Below are positions 36,676 through 64,000 of a stretch of 64,000 nt of DNA, piece after piece. The position numbers and the translations under genes are program-made. The stretch is from Amoebidium appalachense (lineage: Eukaryota > Protista > Ichthyosporea). The notes below the pieces were generated by a model that saw only the letters and a program-made list of their open reading frames with translations, was not told the origin of the DNA and did no database searches. The stretch covers positions 2,961,979 through 3,025,978 of the forward strand of contig CAVNZM010000007.1 of NCBI GenBank assembly GCA_963693365.1. Direction: 5' to 3'. The first letter of the stretch is position 1. Every line of letters begins with the position of its first letter.

Positions 36676-37394
36676 GAAGGGGGCCCAAAAGAGAACTTGA
36701 ACAGTGATTCAATGACTTCATGTATTTATTTACTACGTTATGATAACTATCAACCAAGCCTTACACACCACACGGAGCCGTAAAATTTTACATGGACTAA
36801 CATTCCCCTTTGACATAGGGGCCTACCAACTGATGTTAGCATGCCTAACACACGTGCAATAAATCACACCATCATACTTACATGTCAATAGGGATGTACT
36901 ATGTCCACACAACCAGCTATCTCCATTCATTGCCGAGAAAAAAAATTGCCAAAAAAAAAAAAGGGGGAAAAAAAATAAAAAAATCCATATTCTGTGTTGC
37001 TAGCACCGTTCGAAGGTACTGTAGAACCAGGTAGTGATTGTTTACATCACCCCTCAAAAAGCAAACAAAACAACAACAACAACAACAAAAAAAAAACAGA
37101 GAACAAAGAAACTTTTTATGTTGCAGTGCTATAGAACCCAGGTAGTGATTGTTTACATCACCCCTCAAAAGAAAAGAAAACAACAAAAAAACAAAAACAA
37201 AGAACAAAGTAACGCTCTAAGTTGCTTGCACACGCCCCGCGGCTGTGAGACCTAGTATTTCCCTTGTATTTACAACGATAACATATAATTAATCACCCCA
37301 ATAACTTGTACACCTTCATGCCGAACACATCCGATTCGTTGATGATACAATACAAATCCCGATGTGGCAAATCGAATCGAATTGCCACACATCC

Positions 37395-53677
<16,283 letters not shown>

Positions 53678-54383
53678 TTTTTACTGATCGGAAGCCACTC
53701 GTCTGGTAGTTCCACTGATCCAGTTCATGAGTCTTGGGTACAGCAGTCTCCTGGAAAAGCTGCGAAATAAGTAAGAGAAGGAATATTCCAGTAATGCCAG
53801 TAATGTGTGATGTACTGTAACAGTGTGCGCGGCTCCAAAAATGCTGTTCACAATCAGTTTAATTGGATAAGATATGTCGTTTGAAGAAGAAAATGGCAAT
53901 ATATTCACACCCTGAAGCATATACACCAACACGCTGGCATATGTTTATTCTAGCAATGCATAAAACATGTCAGTTAGTAAACATGGCAACACTGTCCTTC
54001 TTGCCGTGCTGTCACCTGCAAACGGCTGACCCGGCGGAAGTGCGAAATTTCTGCGGCGCGATCGAAGCAAGAAGCTATCCCCCCAAATACAACTAAGCTC
54101 AAGATACCCCCCCTAACACGAATCTTTCTGATAACCAAAACAAAACTATAGCCTGGAGAGGTCCTGCTCTGAGTGGTCTATTATTTCTTTTTGTATTTTG
54201 CACGCCAAAAAGCAGTTTGAAAAGTTCAAGAGTAAAGATGTCAGAATAAAAACGACACCAGGGGCAATAGGCTGCTTGTTAATTAAAACAAAACAAGCTT
54301 TTTGCTGAAATTTGTACTTTGGGAGTTTATGAGGATCGTGGGATCGCCGCGATTTCCACGCGGGGCAACTCGCGGGGCAACAA

Positions 54384-54422
54384 CAAGGCCTCCTAAATAG
54401 CACACCTATTTAGGAGGCCTTG
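54384..54422. promoter_or_regulatory. Perfect 17-bp palindrome in the MED15/MPDU1 divergent promoter region
   Basis: caaggcctcctaaatag-cacac-ctatttaggaggccttg, about 145 bp upstream of the MPDU1 ATG. A regulatory role is inferred from position only. Confidence 0.4.
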
Positions 54423-54565
54423 GGCAACAAACAGGCCACTTCGTTTTTTTTCTTTTTTTTTTTCGACCTTCTGTCCACCTATGTATTTTTTTTACGTTCT
54501 TTAAAAGCATTCTTCCAACCGTTATTAATTTCCTGCGCTGATACAGCGCATTTTTTTTGAGCAAC

Positions 54566-55408
54566 ATGGACGCCATCAAGCAGTATGTCAACGTGGAGGA
54601 GCTGCAGGAAATGCTGACTGTGGAGAAGGCAAAGGCGTTCCTCTTCAGCGAAAAGTGCTATGACACTTTCTTCAACAAGCAAGACTTCTCAGATGGTAAT
54701 ATATACCCTCCCCCCCCCCTCTCCCCCCCCCCCAAAAAAAAACCCACCTCACCCCTCTTCCTCCACCTCGCCCCCCCCCCCCCCCCCCCCCCCCCCCACC
54801 CCCTCTTTCTCAGCCTCTCCTCCGTTCGCTTCTTCGTCTCTCCCTCCTCTCCCATCACAGCCCACCCGTCCCCCACCTCTCTCGCTTTCCCTCCTGCCTT
54901 TCTAGCAAGACTGCTGTTTCAGTGCTTCTGAAAATGGTTTGTCTTTACACTATAAGTGTGTTCAAGCCACACAAGTATGGCTTTAACCCCATGTTTTTGT
55001 GCATCATTTGTGAAAGGGTACCAGGTATTTGCTAAGCACCAAAACCCGGTTCACCTTCGAGGATCTTTGAGGCTTGAGGACGGAGCAATAGCCTGCCTCT
55101 AGCCCATGCTTTGTGATCTTTCCACGCATCATCTAGTGCTACTAGAGAGCTTAGAGGAGAACCAGAAGGCTCGGCACTTTCACGGCTTCTTCTCATGTTT
55201 GTACCTGCTCTTTTACTGGAAAATAGATAAGCATCGGATGTTATGCCTGGTTTCCCGGCCTCGAGAGTTCTTGTAAATTAACGTGCCCCTATCTCACCCA
55301 GTCGTCTGCCTGAAGGCCCTCGTGAGCAAGGGCCTGAGTGTGGGCATCATCGCTGGATCCTTTCTGTGTAAGTCTCCTTTTTTTGCCTTCTTGGTGCACC
55401 GTGCTTGG

Positions 55409-55470
<62 letters not shown>

Positions 55471-56556
55471 TCACGCAAGTGCACGCGTGTGTGTGTGTGT
55501 GTGTGTGTGTGTCTGTGTGTCGTCTGAGCGGTGACCCCAGTGGTGGGGGGAGGGTGGAGACTGGGAGGTGGGGGGGGGGGGGGGGGTCAGGGAGGGTAAT
55601 CAAAGTAAGGAACACGAGTAGAGGGACCTTAGGGGGCTTGGTAGAGGGGGGGAGGGGGGGCAGGCGAAGCTGGGCAAAAAAACGTGGGCGTGAAAGACAA
55701 GAGGCATGGTAGAGGCAGGCAGCAAAGTGGCTGGTGTGATTTTTCTTTAGCTGTGATGGGCTGGAGACGGGTTATTCTTTCAATTGAGGGGGTTGGATGG
55801 GGTTGCCCGGCAATTGGGTGGATTTGTGTGTGTGGGGGGTGGGGGGAAGGGGAGAAGGGGGGGAGTGGGGGGGGGGGGGGGGGGGGGGGAGGGAGGATGA
55901 CGAGAGAAAGAGAAAGAGGACACATGGCAATTAGCTTATGGATACGATAGGGAAACGAACGGGCAAAGTGATGATTGTGGGGTACTGGTGAGGTTCAGGC
56001 TTCAGTGAAAGGGGTAGTCCACACAGTCGGACTGACGGGGGATGGAGGACGAGGGGGGGGGGGGGGGGGGGGGGGGGAGGGCGGAGGGGGGAGGGGGGGA
56101 AATGCATGACAGAGTACGAAGTATGCATTCATGACGGACAACACAAGGGAGGGAGGTGGGGGGAAGGGGAGGAGGAGGAGGGGGGGGGGGGGGAGAGGGG
56201 GGAGCGAGAGAAAGAGAGAGAGGGTGCATGGCAACTAGGTTATGGTTAGGATATGGGGAAAGGGGTACGAGCAAGTGTGTTGGGTGTGTGTGTGTGTGTT
56301 GTGTGTGTGTGTGGGGCGGGGGGTATGTTGCAGGTTGTTCTTGTTTCGGTAAAATATAAACCTTTAATGCAAAAGAGTGGTAGAGAAGGAGAGGAGGAAG
56401 AGGGCTGTGCTTTTTTTCGGACGGGTGTGTGTGGGGAGGGGGGAGGGGAGGGGGTGGCGCCGGGGGGGGGGGGGGGGGGGGGATATAAATGGCTGTTTGC
56501 CAGAAGGGGGTCAATGGGCTGGAAAAATGATGGTTCCTTTTGTGGTGCTACGTGTT

Positions 56557-56588
<32 letters not shown>

Positions 56589-57171
56589 TATGTATATATA
56601 TATATATTGGGGGGGGGGGGGGGGTTAGTGGTTGGTTGCTGTGGTCCATTCCTTTGCCGTTCTCTTTAAGCCGGAAGGGGGAGGTGTGTGCGTGTTTGTG
56701 TGTCTGGGGAGGGGGGGGACATGGGGGGGATTTTCTTTAATGGGGGAGGGGGGGGGGTTAGGTAGGGATCAGTGGGTTACTATGTTGACTTGGGGCGTGG
56801 TTGGAACTTTCTTTTACACGTGTGCTTGGGTGAGGTGTCCTGGAGATCTCGAGGGGGTTGCTTGGGGAGTTGGGGAAGGGGGAGGGCGGGTTCGGATAGT
56901 ATCCTATATCAAGGGCTGTGAGAAGAGACAGTATTAAGGGGGGGGGGGGGGGGGGGGTGCATGGGGTATGCGCCGGAGAGGGGCTGGGGGCTGGGAGGGG
57001 GCCGTGGGATAGGCTTTGATGAACGGGAGAGAGTATGCATAGCACCTTTAGGGATTGATAGGGGGAGGCGGGAGGTGGGGATGGACACGTATGGGACATG
57101 TGCCTAAGATTATGTTGGGGACTTCCTTAATGCATGTGTGGACGGCTGTGAGCTTACACTTGTGGAGATTG

Positions 57172-57232
<61 letters not shown>

Positions 57233-57242
57233 CGCGTGCGGG

Positions 57243-57284
<42 letters not shown>

Positions 57285-57785
57285 CAACACGTGTGTATGT
57301 GTTTGAACAACTTGTCCATCATATGTCCTATAGCCATTGTATTTGTCCAAACACATGTATATGGGTGGCCTACCATCCATTCATGCGTCCGAAGACATGT
57401 GTGATACGTATGCACATGTGTTTCAAACACGTGTTTCTGTTTACCACAAACACGCTTATTCCGTGTGTGCATGCAGTGAAGCTGCCTCAGATGCTCAAGA
57501 TCTTGGCCAACGGTAGTGCAGAGGGTATCTCTTTTCTGTCGTACTTCCTGGAGCTGACAAACTACACCGTGGCTGTCACCCACCACCTTCGTCTCAACAA
57601 CCCCATGATGTAAGCTGTTTATGCGGTTAACACATCTTATCTTTTCTTTCCCCCCCCCCCCCCCCCCCCCCTCCCCGTACCTTTCCTCCTTTACCCTGGG
57701 GTACTTCCCCACCTAGGCCTCCCACGGGCACATGTACACCCACCACACCATCCTTCGTCGGTCATTTTTCGGAGTGTGTGTCTGT

Positions 57786-57824
<39 letters not shown>

Positions 57825-58040
57825 CGCGCGTGTGTGGTGTGTGGATGAATACATCATTGTGGGGTGTGTTTCCTTGGTTTCCCAACCCACGCCTTATCCG
57901 TGTTTCCCCCCCGCCACCACTGCCAGGCTTCCGGCACTCTTGTCCGGCTTTCCCATATAGGGACTAACCCCCCAAGTCCATGGCAGTGCCTGTCCACACT
58001 CAAACACACCAACTCACTCACACACTCACTCACACTATTC

Positions 58041-58089
<49 letters not shown>

Positions 58090-58820
58090 CCCCTTTCCAC
58101 ATGCATACCCCCCACTCTCCCCTCACACACATACAAACAAGCCACCACCACCACCACCACCACCACCACCACCACCACAAGCCTGCGCGCGCACGCACAC
58201 ACACACACACACACACATTGAGGATGTGATTTCCTCATGCTGCCTCAGTCTTCACTGTTATTTTTCATTTTCATTTTTTTATTATTTTTTATTTTTCGCA
58301 TTACCTACATTCCATTTTCCGTCTGGATTCCTCTTTACACTGTAAAACTGACCTTAAACCCCCCCCCCCCCCCCCCCCTCTCCCCCACCCCCACCCCCCC
58401 ACCCACCCACCCACCCCTCTCACACATCTGCAGTGCGTGGTTCGAGACCCTCAACCTCCTCCTCCAAGACATTGTTCTCCTGTTCATGATTGCGGCCTAC
58501 AACGGGCAGATCGTAGTTGGTGCCATGGCTGCCTTGGTCTATTCGGGCATGGTCTACGCACTGAGGGATGAGTCTATTGTCGATGCAAAGACGCTCGAGT
58601 TGGTTGTGGGAGGCTCCATCTTTTTGGTCATTTCTTCCCGCCTGCCCCAGGTGAGAGATAGCCGAGATGGCTCGATTTGTTTTATCCTCTTTTATGTGCG
58701 CTTCTGCGGGTGTTTTTTTTTTTTTTTTTCTTTTTTTTTTCTTGGCCCCCTCCAAGTTCTCCTCCCCTCCCCCCACCCCTTTCCCCCCACCCACCCACCA
58801 CCACCACCACACACACGCGT

Positions 58821-58852
<32 letters not shown>

Positions 58853-59097
58853 CAAAGGCATTTGTGTGGGTGTTACCCGAGGGCGAAGGGGAGGAAGGGG
58901 TGTGTGTGGGGGGGGGGGGGGGGGGGGGGGGGGGGGTCTGGCTGCATCGTGCAGCGTGTTTGTGCAATTGTATAAACATGTTTAAAGATATCTGTGCTTG
59001 TTTGCTATCATATCATTGAGTTGAACTGGGCAGTGAGGCTGTACAGATAGCAGGATGGTGTGGGTCCGTAGGGGATGTTGGGTCGGTTGGCAGAGGA

Positions 59098-59136
<39 letters not shown>

Positions 59137-59266
59137 GGGGGGGGGGGGGGGGGGGGGTGGGGGGTCTTAGATTCTTTGTACCATATCTGCATGCAGCCTC
59201 CCCACGCCCACCCCTCCCCAACACCCCTTTCTCCTCAATTTCGCTCTCTATCACTCTCTCTTAATC

Positions 59267-59300
<34 letters not shown>

Positions 59301-59435
59301 CCCTCCCTGAGGATGGGCTCTGCTTATAACGCATACTGCGCGCATGGCTATGTTGCATACTTGAATGTTTGCCTTTGCATGTGTCCTTAGTGTATGCGTA
59401 CTTCGTACCGTGTTCCGCATTCACAATTCCCCCCC

Positions 59436-59466
<31 letters not shown>

Positions 59467-59467
59467 A

Positions 59468-59500
<33 letters not shown>

Positions 59501-59653
59501 CCCCTTGTCTCTCTCTCCCTCCCCCCCCCCCCCCCCCTTGCCCCCCCCCCCCCCCCCCCCCCCCCCTCCCCCCTCCCCCCCAAATGCCCTTACTCCCTGC
59601 CCCCCCTCCACACGCGAACACACACACACACACACACACACACACCAACACCG

Positions 59654-59700
<47 letters not shown>

Positions 59701-60161
59701 CGCGCGGAAATATGCAGTTCCGCCTCTGGGAATAGGCAAGTGGCTCCTGATAACAGTCCCACCTGGTCCCCCTTTTTTTTTCTTTTTTTTTTCCTCTCTT
59801 TTTTTGGCCCCTCCCGCACCCGTTCGATCTACCACTTGCTGACGGAACTCCGTCGCCTTCTCAGATTTGGTCCAACTTCCGCAACGGCAGCACTGGCCAG
59901 CTCTCGTTTCTCACTCTCTTCCTCACCTTTGGCGGCAGCGCGGCCCGCGTGTTCACCACCATTCAAGAGACCCCCGATGACAAGCTGATGATGTACAGCT
60001 TCATCGTCGCTGCCACTCTCAATGGCATTCTCGTCCTGCAGATGTTTTTGTACTGGAACTCGTCTAAGGGCAAGACGGGCGCAAGCGGGAAGGCGGCAAC
60101 CAAGCAGGGTGCTAGTGCAACTAGTACACCTAAGGCGAAGAAGGCGAAGAAGGCAGATTGA
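54566..60161 (+). CDS. MPDU1: Mannose-P-dolichol utilization defect 1 (PQ-loop protein), 280 aa; exons 54566-54695, 55302-55367, 57477-57609, 58434-58650, 59865-60161
   Basis: CYDTFF...[39 protein letters not shown] and [41 protein letters not shown]; two PQ motifs; C-terminal KKAD (KKxx ER retrieval signal). Confidence 0.95.
59301..59425 (+). ncRNA. Structured intronic element, copy C (3' half)
   Basis: ccctgaggatgggctctgcttataacgcatactg...ttgcatacttgaatgtttgcctttgcatgtg...gtgtatgcgtacttcgtaccgtgttccgcattca, highly similar to copy B. Confidence 0.45.
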
Positions 60162-60729
60162 GCGGTGTGTCAATGGGCAATGGATTGCACGATGCGAGCG
60201 GAGGCCGGCGGCCAATTCAAAGGTTCGCACGGCAGTGAGTGATTGAGGTGGATCGTGAGATGATTTCATAATGACGTTGGGGTAGATGTGACGTCGATTG
60301 GTTTGGGCCACAGATTATAGTCACAGAGTTGCTTGAAATGGTCGAGGTTTCTATATTAGCTGTTGTATTGGAGTCGAATTGGAGTGGAAGAAGGCTATCC
60401 ATATAGTCAAGTCTTGCATTTCATGGGAAATTTCATGCAGTTTGCCGTGTACCCATTATGCTGTTGAGTTAACAATTGTATCTGTTAATTTCGAGGAATG
60501 AATCAATATAGTTTACAAGAACCTGTTGAGGCGGGCAAACCCCTATACAAAACAATTTGCATGCGCATGCAAAAGTCCCATGACAAAGTGTGTGTACACG
60601 TGTGTGTGGTGTTTATATAACTATCTGCGACATACTAGTATGTGTCGTGAGCTGGCCATGGATGGGTCCGGCCAGGTCGACGTCACGAAGTTGTACCACC
60701 TGCGAAGCTTGTGGCAGGGGAAAGAGGAA

Positions 60730-60767
<38 letters not shown>

Positions 60768-61420
60768 CTGGCTGGCTTCTAAAACTTCAACTTTCTGCCA
60801 CGTGAATGCACAGTTTGGCTGACACGGCCTAGGGCAGGAGTGTGGTTGGAGCCTGCTGCAGCGGCCGGGTGGCCGCCTGCCAGTCATGATGCGACAGTAT
60901 GCACAAGCAATGCCATGATGCTTGCGCACATGCCCGAATAGCTCGCGATTGTTGAATAGGCAATGATCACTCCAAATAAACACAGAAACTCTGAGAGCCC
61001 AAACGGTAACTAATGATTGACATCGTGACATCGGCACCACGTTACGCCACACACAGCACGTGGTCATTATCATGTTGAGTATGACTGCTGTATGACAGTC
61101 CACGCCGCCGGCGCGCTTGCCCCTGGCAGGTGACTCCGGACATCATCGGAGTCATAATATCTGAGTCACGGTCGACGATGTAGAGCCGATCGAAGTTTTC
61201 CTGCTAAAAGTTTTCCTACGTGCTTGAAGCTTCATGAATGTAGCCTATAATGTTTGTGTGTGTCACACGCGTGTGTGTTAAGGGGGGGGAAAAGCGGCTC
61301 ATGGCTGGGCCAATCAAGGCGAAGCGATTGCTTTATTGTTTGACTGACGTCATCGAGGTGCGAGCAAACTTTTTGATTGGCCAACGCGTTCTCAATAGTG
61401 CGACGTGAGACAGGCATGTG

Positions 61421-61744
61421 TGCCCCCCAAATGCGAGCGAACCGAGCCTACATGTAAAAAAAATAGCAAACCTGCCCCCCAAATGCGAGCGAAGCGAGCC
61501 TACATGTAAAAGAAATTAGCAGACTTGCCCCCCAAATGCGAGCGAAGCGAGCCTAAACGTAAAAAATTAATCAGGATATCGATGCCGGGCCCCCCAAATG
61601 CGGACGAAGCGAGCCGGCCAGCTGCAGGCGCATAACCGTGACACTGGTGGCGGACTCGGGCCACTGGTGATGGGACTGCGGTTCGCGGCCCTGATCCTTC
61701 CGCAGGGCCCTGGAGCAAGGGCTGTAATCCCCCCCGCAAAATAA

Positions 61745-61784
<40 letters not shown>

Positions 61785-62010
61785 AAAAAAATGCGAGCGA
61801 AGCGAGCCTACCGTAATAAAAAATTGCGAACTTGCCCCCCAAAATGCGAGCGAAGCGAGCCTACACGTAAAAAGATAGTCAGGATATCGATGCCTCCCAA
61901 AATGCGAGCGATGCGAGCCAACATGTACATGTATAAAATAGCAAAAGGCCTAGCGGGCCCCCCTGGCCGGGCCGGCTGCACGTGGCCGCCCGATGCGAGC
62001 GAAGCGAGTT
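61421..62010. repeat. ~53-60 bp minisatellite, about 8 copies, core tgccccccaaatgcgagcgaagcgagccta
   Basis: Core copies at ~61421, 61473, 61526, 61589, 61790, 61833, 61891 and 61992, with related A-rich spacers. Confidence 0.9.
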
Positions 62011-64000
62011 GTAGCAAGATGTCCGCTGCTATCGCAGCGGGCAGCAGCTGCTCATCATACTCTGCACCGAAGGAATTTTGCAGCAAATTTCGGCGACCCA
62101 TAGTAGTACGTTATTATTTTATAGTGCGACACGACCTCGTGATCCTCTGCTGTCAAGTTTTCAGTTGAAAGGTGCACAGGGTCAGCTGACTCAGCTCAGG
62201 CTGTGTGCTTCCACGGGCTTCCAGGATAGATTTACAACTGCAATCACGGCTTCAACGCAGCTTTGCCAAATGAAATTTGGCCACGTAAAATAAGCTCAGG
62301 CAATCCGGCCATCCCATCAGCCACTCAGCGCTGACCGTAATCAGAAGCGCACATTCCGTGTTAGATGAGGGCCGTGCACTACCGGGCAGCCGGGGTCCGA
62401 GGCTTAGCTTCTGCCCAGCCCTAGCTGGACAGTTTACAAGGAAAGTCTTTACTTACGGTCTCATGCTGTTTCTAGCTCTAACTGAGTTGAAATGATTGCA
62501 CAATAGCACAATGTCTTTTGAAGAGGCGTTCATCTGGATTGCGATTTGGCCAACAGAGCTGGTGTTTGGAATGCGCATGACTCACATGCCACAAAACTAT
62601 GCATATTCGGGTGACCAGGTAGTGATCGTGCCGGCTCGGAATTTCACGGTCGCACGAGCATTTATGTATCAAACATATGTAAAAATTTCAAAATTGGAGG
62701 TAAAATATTGAACTACATGTCATGGCTTCTTATATTTTTCCATCGGAAATTTGTTTTTGCACGGGTCGCTGCTGCATTTTGAAGCTGTCAGCTGTTCACA
62801 GCCAGCCGGTGTGAAGGGCGGATTGGACAACGTTACACGCATTCAACCGTTGCCAACCTGCCATCAATCCCCACGCTGCGGGATACCAGTAAGCGAATGG
62901 AAACACCTAATAATTGGTGCAAAAATCGTATATATTCTGAAAGCTTAGTAAAAATTTATTTGCATCAAATAAAACATGTGGTACTTCTAAGGTAGTGACT
63001 ACCTTCAAGTGGATATCCGCGGGGATATTGATTGTGATGAAGCGCAATGGTATTCGATTGCCACGCTCGGGTGACCGTCGCCCACACCGATTGGCTAACG
63101 TTTTTAGCGCCACGCACAGTTTACGCACCCGTTCATTCAAAGATCAGTTATTATCTCAATGTACACATTTGCAGCTTAATTAACAATAAGAATTTAGCGA
63201 TGAAATCTGCAATTTTTCCTGAAATAAACAAGTAAACGCTACTCAACGATATGTGTAGGCCATCATCCCTCCAAGTTCGCGGTCGCCCGTGACGCTTGTA
63301 ATTCTTCAATGATCACAGTCAAACGGTCGTGAGGCAGATATTCGGGTAAATCTAGCGGGAGGAAAAAAGGGATCAATTGACTGCTCCAAATGACAGTGTA
63401 CGTAGGTCTATCAATAGTGTTAATATGCAAGCTCTGACCTAATTGTTAGCATTTATGGAGGGAAGTAATATGCAATTGATTTTCTTATTCATTTAAATGC
63501 ATATTATAGGCGGGAGTCTTCTGCAATCCCGATTGCCCATCATTGAAATTTAAATTTGACCCATTTAAATTTGTGATGTCAATCTGATCATGATGTACAG
63601 TTGCCTTCGAAAATCAATAAATTGGCTGTAAATACAATGTCATGAATGCGCCTTATTTCGCCAACATAAAACATCATTATATGCACATATACAGAATCGC
63701 TTATGTAAGCAAATGTTTCCTCAAAGGTCATTCGGGGATGAATGGATGAATGGGTCATGGGCACGTACCCCGTAAGGTCACGCGAGGAGTCGAGGACGTG
63801 AGCCTGTAAAACCCCAACAGCGATCATACGCATTGAATCTTATCATACGAACTTGAAAGTGGATGCTGATCCATTATCTATAGTAACTGTGCGCAAAACA
63901 TATAAATTTACTATAGTAATGAACAGGAAATATTTTTCTTTTGTACGTTTGTTCTTGCTTATGGCAAATATATTTGATTTGTTCTGTCCTTTTTTATTCT

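Noticed and set aside
60621-61103. ORF with a zinc-finger-like segment LFGHVRKHHGIACAYC
   Set aside because: Incomplete C2H2 spacing and no supported start or exon structure; needs a translated search.
61421-62010. CRISPR-like repeat-spacer appearance (also 12966-13315 and 42017-42216)
   Set aside because: Spacers are related to each other, repeats are degenerate, there are no cas genes and the context is eukaryotic.
62496-63833. Two short opposite-strand ORFs both containing M(S/T)FEE(A/T)F
   Set aside because: Similarity is limited to six residues with no extended nucleotide match; probably chance.

Overview
Eukaryotic, intron-rich DNA whose introns are filled with (CA)n/(GT)n, (CT)n and poly-C/poly-G tracts, so nearly all ORFs in the supplied track are repeat artefacts. 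Manual splicing with GT-AG sites and consistent phases gives five genes: NDUFAF7/MidA methyltransferase (+, 5' end uncertain), a 17-exon signal-peptide plus C-terminal TM Agd3/CE18-like polysaccharide deacetylase (-), a 6-exon secreted bacterial-type alpha/beta hydrolase (-), an 18-exon Mediator subunit MED15 (-) and MPDU1 (+), the last two head-to-head. Intergenic DNA holds a decayed non-LTR retrotransposon plus a second 3' fragment, a Tourist/Harbinger-like MITE, a TA-flanked TIR element and a GCGAAGC minisatellite. The gene mix suggests a unicellular opisthokont, possibly a holozoan, but this is inference only. Most notable observations: (1) a dispersed structured element present five times, always inside introns and always sense to the host gene, whose two full copies keep a canonical K-turn with compensatory base changes; (2) repeated local duplication of splice junctions (exon echoes and acceptor-site minisatellites); (3) many 3' splice sites formed directly by (CA)n tracts instead of a U-rich tract. 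All identifications are from motif recall and by-eye alignment; no searches were run.
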